In this document: one piece after another, positions 20,817 to 22,684 of the stretch
Layout of the letters: each line of letters begins with the position of its first letter
Numbering within the stretch: position 1 is the first letter of the stretch
DNA from: an uncultured bacterium
GTDB taxonomy: Bacteria; Zhuqueibacterota; QNDG01; DTFT01
Direction: 5' to 3'
Assembly: GCA_963736115.1 (NCBI GenBank)
Contig: CAVTNR010000031.1
Location: 1 to 22,684 of the forward strand
Length of the DNA stretch: 22,684 nucleotides
Notes under the pieces: generated by a model
Told to the model about the DNA's origin: nothing
Database searches by the model: none
The model's input: only the letters and a program-made list of their open reading frames with translations
Translations under genes and position numbers: made by a program

Positions 20817-20845
20817 AATATAGGCCTGCGGAATCGGTTTGTCAA
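20817..20845 (-). promoter_or_regulatory. sigma70-type promoter upstream of the GH105 gene
   Basis: TTGACA (20845-20840), 17 nt, TATATT (20822-20817). Confidence 0.72.
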
Positions 20846-20891
20846 TGTGTTTTTTCTCGGCAATGCTTCGTCTGAATGCATTACAGAGTAC

Positions 20892-20958
20892 AGCCCACGG
20901 CTTCAGCCGTGGGTCCGCAGAACACGGTGATCCCGGAAATTGTTTCAGCGGTTTCCGG
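20892..20958. repeat. IS200/IS605- or RAYT-type REP hairpin pair (remnant, no transposase nearby)
   Basis: CCCACGGCT-TC-AGCCGTGGG (20894-20913) followed by CCCGGAAATTGTTTCAGCGGTTTCCGGG (20931-20958). Confidence 0.55.
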
Positions 20959-21078
20959 GAATTGAAAAAGATGCAATTTTTTACAAGGACATTCGGAAAT
21001 TCCTTCTTAATTTGTCTTCTGCGGGGTAAAATCCGTCTTCCCGCGCATCCTATCCCCCACTTTTTCGGAGGATCCGTC

Positions 21079-21787
21079 ATGAAATCGTTTCGCGGCATCA
21101 TCCTGCCTGTCTGCTTCATCCTGGCCCTCGGGACGCCTCAAGCCCGCCCCGCTTCGACCGCGGACTCCGTCCGCAGCCTGTCGCCGTATTTCTTCACGCC
21201 CGCCTCGGCCGGCGCGCTGGCGCCGGACGCGGACGGTTTTCTCCGTCGCTGGCTGCTTCTCGAGCCGATCAGCAAACCGAACCGCAGCAATACCGTGTTC
21301 ACCGACAGCTACATCCGGAATGTTTTTAATACCGAATTCTTCCCGGGCCAGTTCACCGCAGTTCCGGCGGATGGCGACTCGGTGACCGCGGACAGCGTCC
21401 GGCTCGCCTGGCACGGACTGGACGCGTCAGGATTCAACGTCAAGCTGTTTCGTTTCGCCTGGGGCCTGAACAAGCCGATTTACGGGGTTGTATTCTGGGC
21501 CGTGACGGTCGTCAACAGCCCTCGGGAGATCAGGAACATCCGCATGGCCGTCGGGTCAAACTCGGCGTCCATGTGGTGGCTCAACGGAAAGGAGGCGGTC
21601 ATCCTTTCCGGCGACCGCCGCATGAAAATGGATGACTGCGTCTCCAAACGCCTCACGCTCCACAAGGGCCGGAATGTCATTCGCGGCGCGGTCATCAACG
21701 GCCCCGGCATGAGCGATTTCTGCGTGCGCTTCATCGACGAGAACGGAGAGCCTGTCAGGGATCTCGCGATGAAACTTGGAAAAATAA
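21079..21787 (+). CDS. Secreted conserved protein, probable beta-sandwich; resembles proteins often labelled acetylxylan esterase next to GH43 genes (function unverified)
   Basis: GGAGG RBS; signal MKSFRGIILPVCFILALG..; PDADGFLRRWLLLEPI, FNVKLFRFA, GSNSASMWWLNG and NGPGMSDFCVRF. Removing one A from the run at 21780-21784 gives ...MKLGK* at 21785-21787; the ORF-track tail beyond that is low-complexity out-of-frame text. Confidence 0.7.
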
Positions 21788-22684
21788 GTCCAATCGGACG
21801 TTCTGACCTCACCCAACTTCGGCTTTATCCGTATCATCGAGCTCGATCCAAAAACAGGGAACCGCATCCCCGGCAACGAGGCCGTCAATATCGCCATCGA
21901 CTGCGAAGCCACTGACCTAATCTATCGCGACGGCTGGTACTATCTGCTGGGCACGCACGGCACGTGCTTCGGCAGCCACCGCTCCACCTACAACATCCGC
22001 GTGGGCCGCTCCAAGAGTGTGACGGGCCCCTACATGGACAACATGGGCATGGACATGCTCCGAGGCGGCGGCAAACTCGTCATCGCCGCCAACGGTCGCA
22101 ACGTCGGCCCCGGCCACTTCGGCCTGATCGACCTGGGTGACGGCGTGCAGAAATTCTCCTTCCATTACGAGGCCGACCTGGACCGCAGCGGCCGCAGCGT
22201 CCTGGCCATTCGCCCGCTGCTCTGGAAGAACGGCTGGCCCGTCGCCGGCGAAGACTTCAAGGGAGGACGCCTTCGAGATCGAATCCGAAGGCAGCGGCTA
22301 TGCCCTGGAACTCGGGGTGGATGGCGTTCCGCTAGGCGGTGGTGGACGCGGCATGGGAGGCATGGGAATGGGTGGCCGCGGCGGCGGTGGGCCCGTGACC
22401 CCGATTCCGGACCAGGACGTCGCTGGTGGTATCGAAGAATTGGCCGGCCAGCAGCCATCGACATTCGCCTCGGTGACTACATGCTCCAGGCTCATCAGAA
22501 GTGGACGATCACGCCCGTCGCCAACGCCGCGGCTGTCGGGCTGGCCTGTTTCAAGATCACCGTGGCCGGCACGGATCGCGCTTCTGGCCGCAACCAAGGA
22601 CGGCGAGCTTGAGGCGGTTCCCGCCTTCACTGGCACCCAGCCGAACAACTGTGGCATTGACCAGTTGATCGATGGCACTTACCG
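21788..22684 (+). CDS. GH43 (arabinanase-like) glycoside hydrolase with a C-terminal ricin-type/CBM13-like region; 5' part absent, frameshifted, runs off the window
   Basis: From 21818: FGFIRIIELDPKTG...IAIDCEATDLIYRDGWYYLLGTHGTC..STYNIRVGRSKSVTGPYMD...GPGHFG...HYEADLD...GWPVAG. In other frames: FEIESEGSGYALEL and QAHQKWTITPV. There is no start codon or RBS between the in-frame TAA (21785) and these motifs. Confidence 0.8.

Noticed and set aside
20322-21119. Long overlapping ORFs across the GH105/secreted-protein intergenic region (20322-21119 minus; 20839-21078 plus extension)
   Set aside because: They read through promoters and REP hairpins (PRLKPWA, AHGFSRG); RBS and signal peptides place the real starts at 20633 and 21079.

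Overview
Bacterial chromosomal window, GC-rich in coding regions. It probably comes from a non-Bacteroidota member of the FCB superphylum (KSB1/Calditrichota/Ignavibacteria-like). This is inferred from a T9SS-type QNYPNPFN C-terminal tail occurring together with canonical TTGACA-17-TATATT promoters and AGGAGG ribosome binding sites. Many genes are split by 1-nt indels, worst at the two ends of the window, which looks like uncorrected long-read error rather than pseudogenisation. Contents, left to right: (1) the 3' part of a BamA/TamA (Omp85) gene; (2) a nine-gene minus-strand arsenic/metal/redox operon, arsR-arsP-small thioredoxin-ferredoxin-CDF-thioredoxin lipoprotein-ccdA-acr3-arsC, with promoter, operator and terminator; (3) an orphan RHH antitoxin and a degenerate M23-fold lipoprotein bracketed by two direct copies of a paired-hairpin (REPIN-like) repeat; (4) hrpB; (5) ybaN and an unknown beta-barrel protein; (6) a GH11-BACON-CBM60-T9SS xylanase; (7) a SpoIIAA-like protein and a long-chain acyl-CoA synthetase; (8) a large GH105-Ig-CBM35-like enzyme ending in an LEGP/HRNHL module and a dockerin-like Ca-binding duplication; (9) a secreted conserved protein and a 5'-truncated GH43. 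The best leads for something undescribed are the dockerin-type tail on the GH105, the dispersed REPIN-like repeat family with the cassette it flanks, and the periplasmic thiol-redox branch inside the ars operon.
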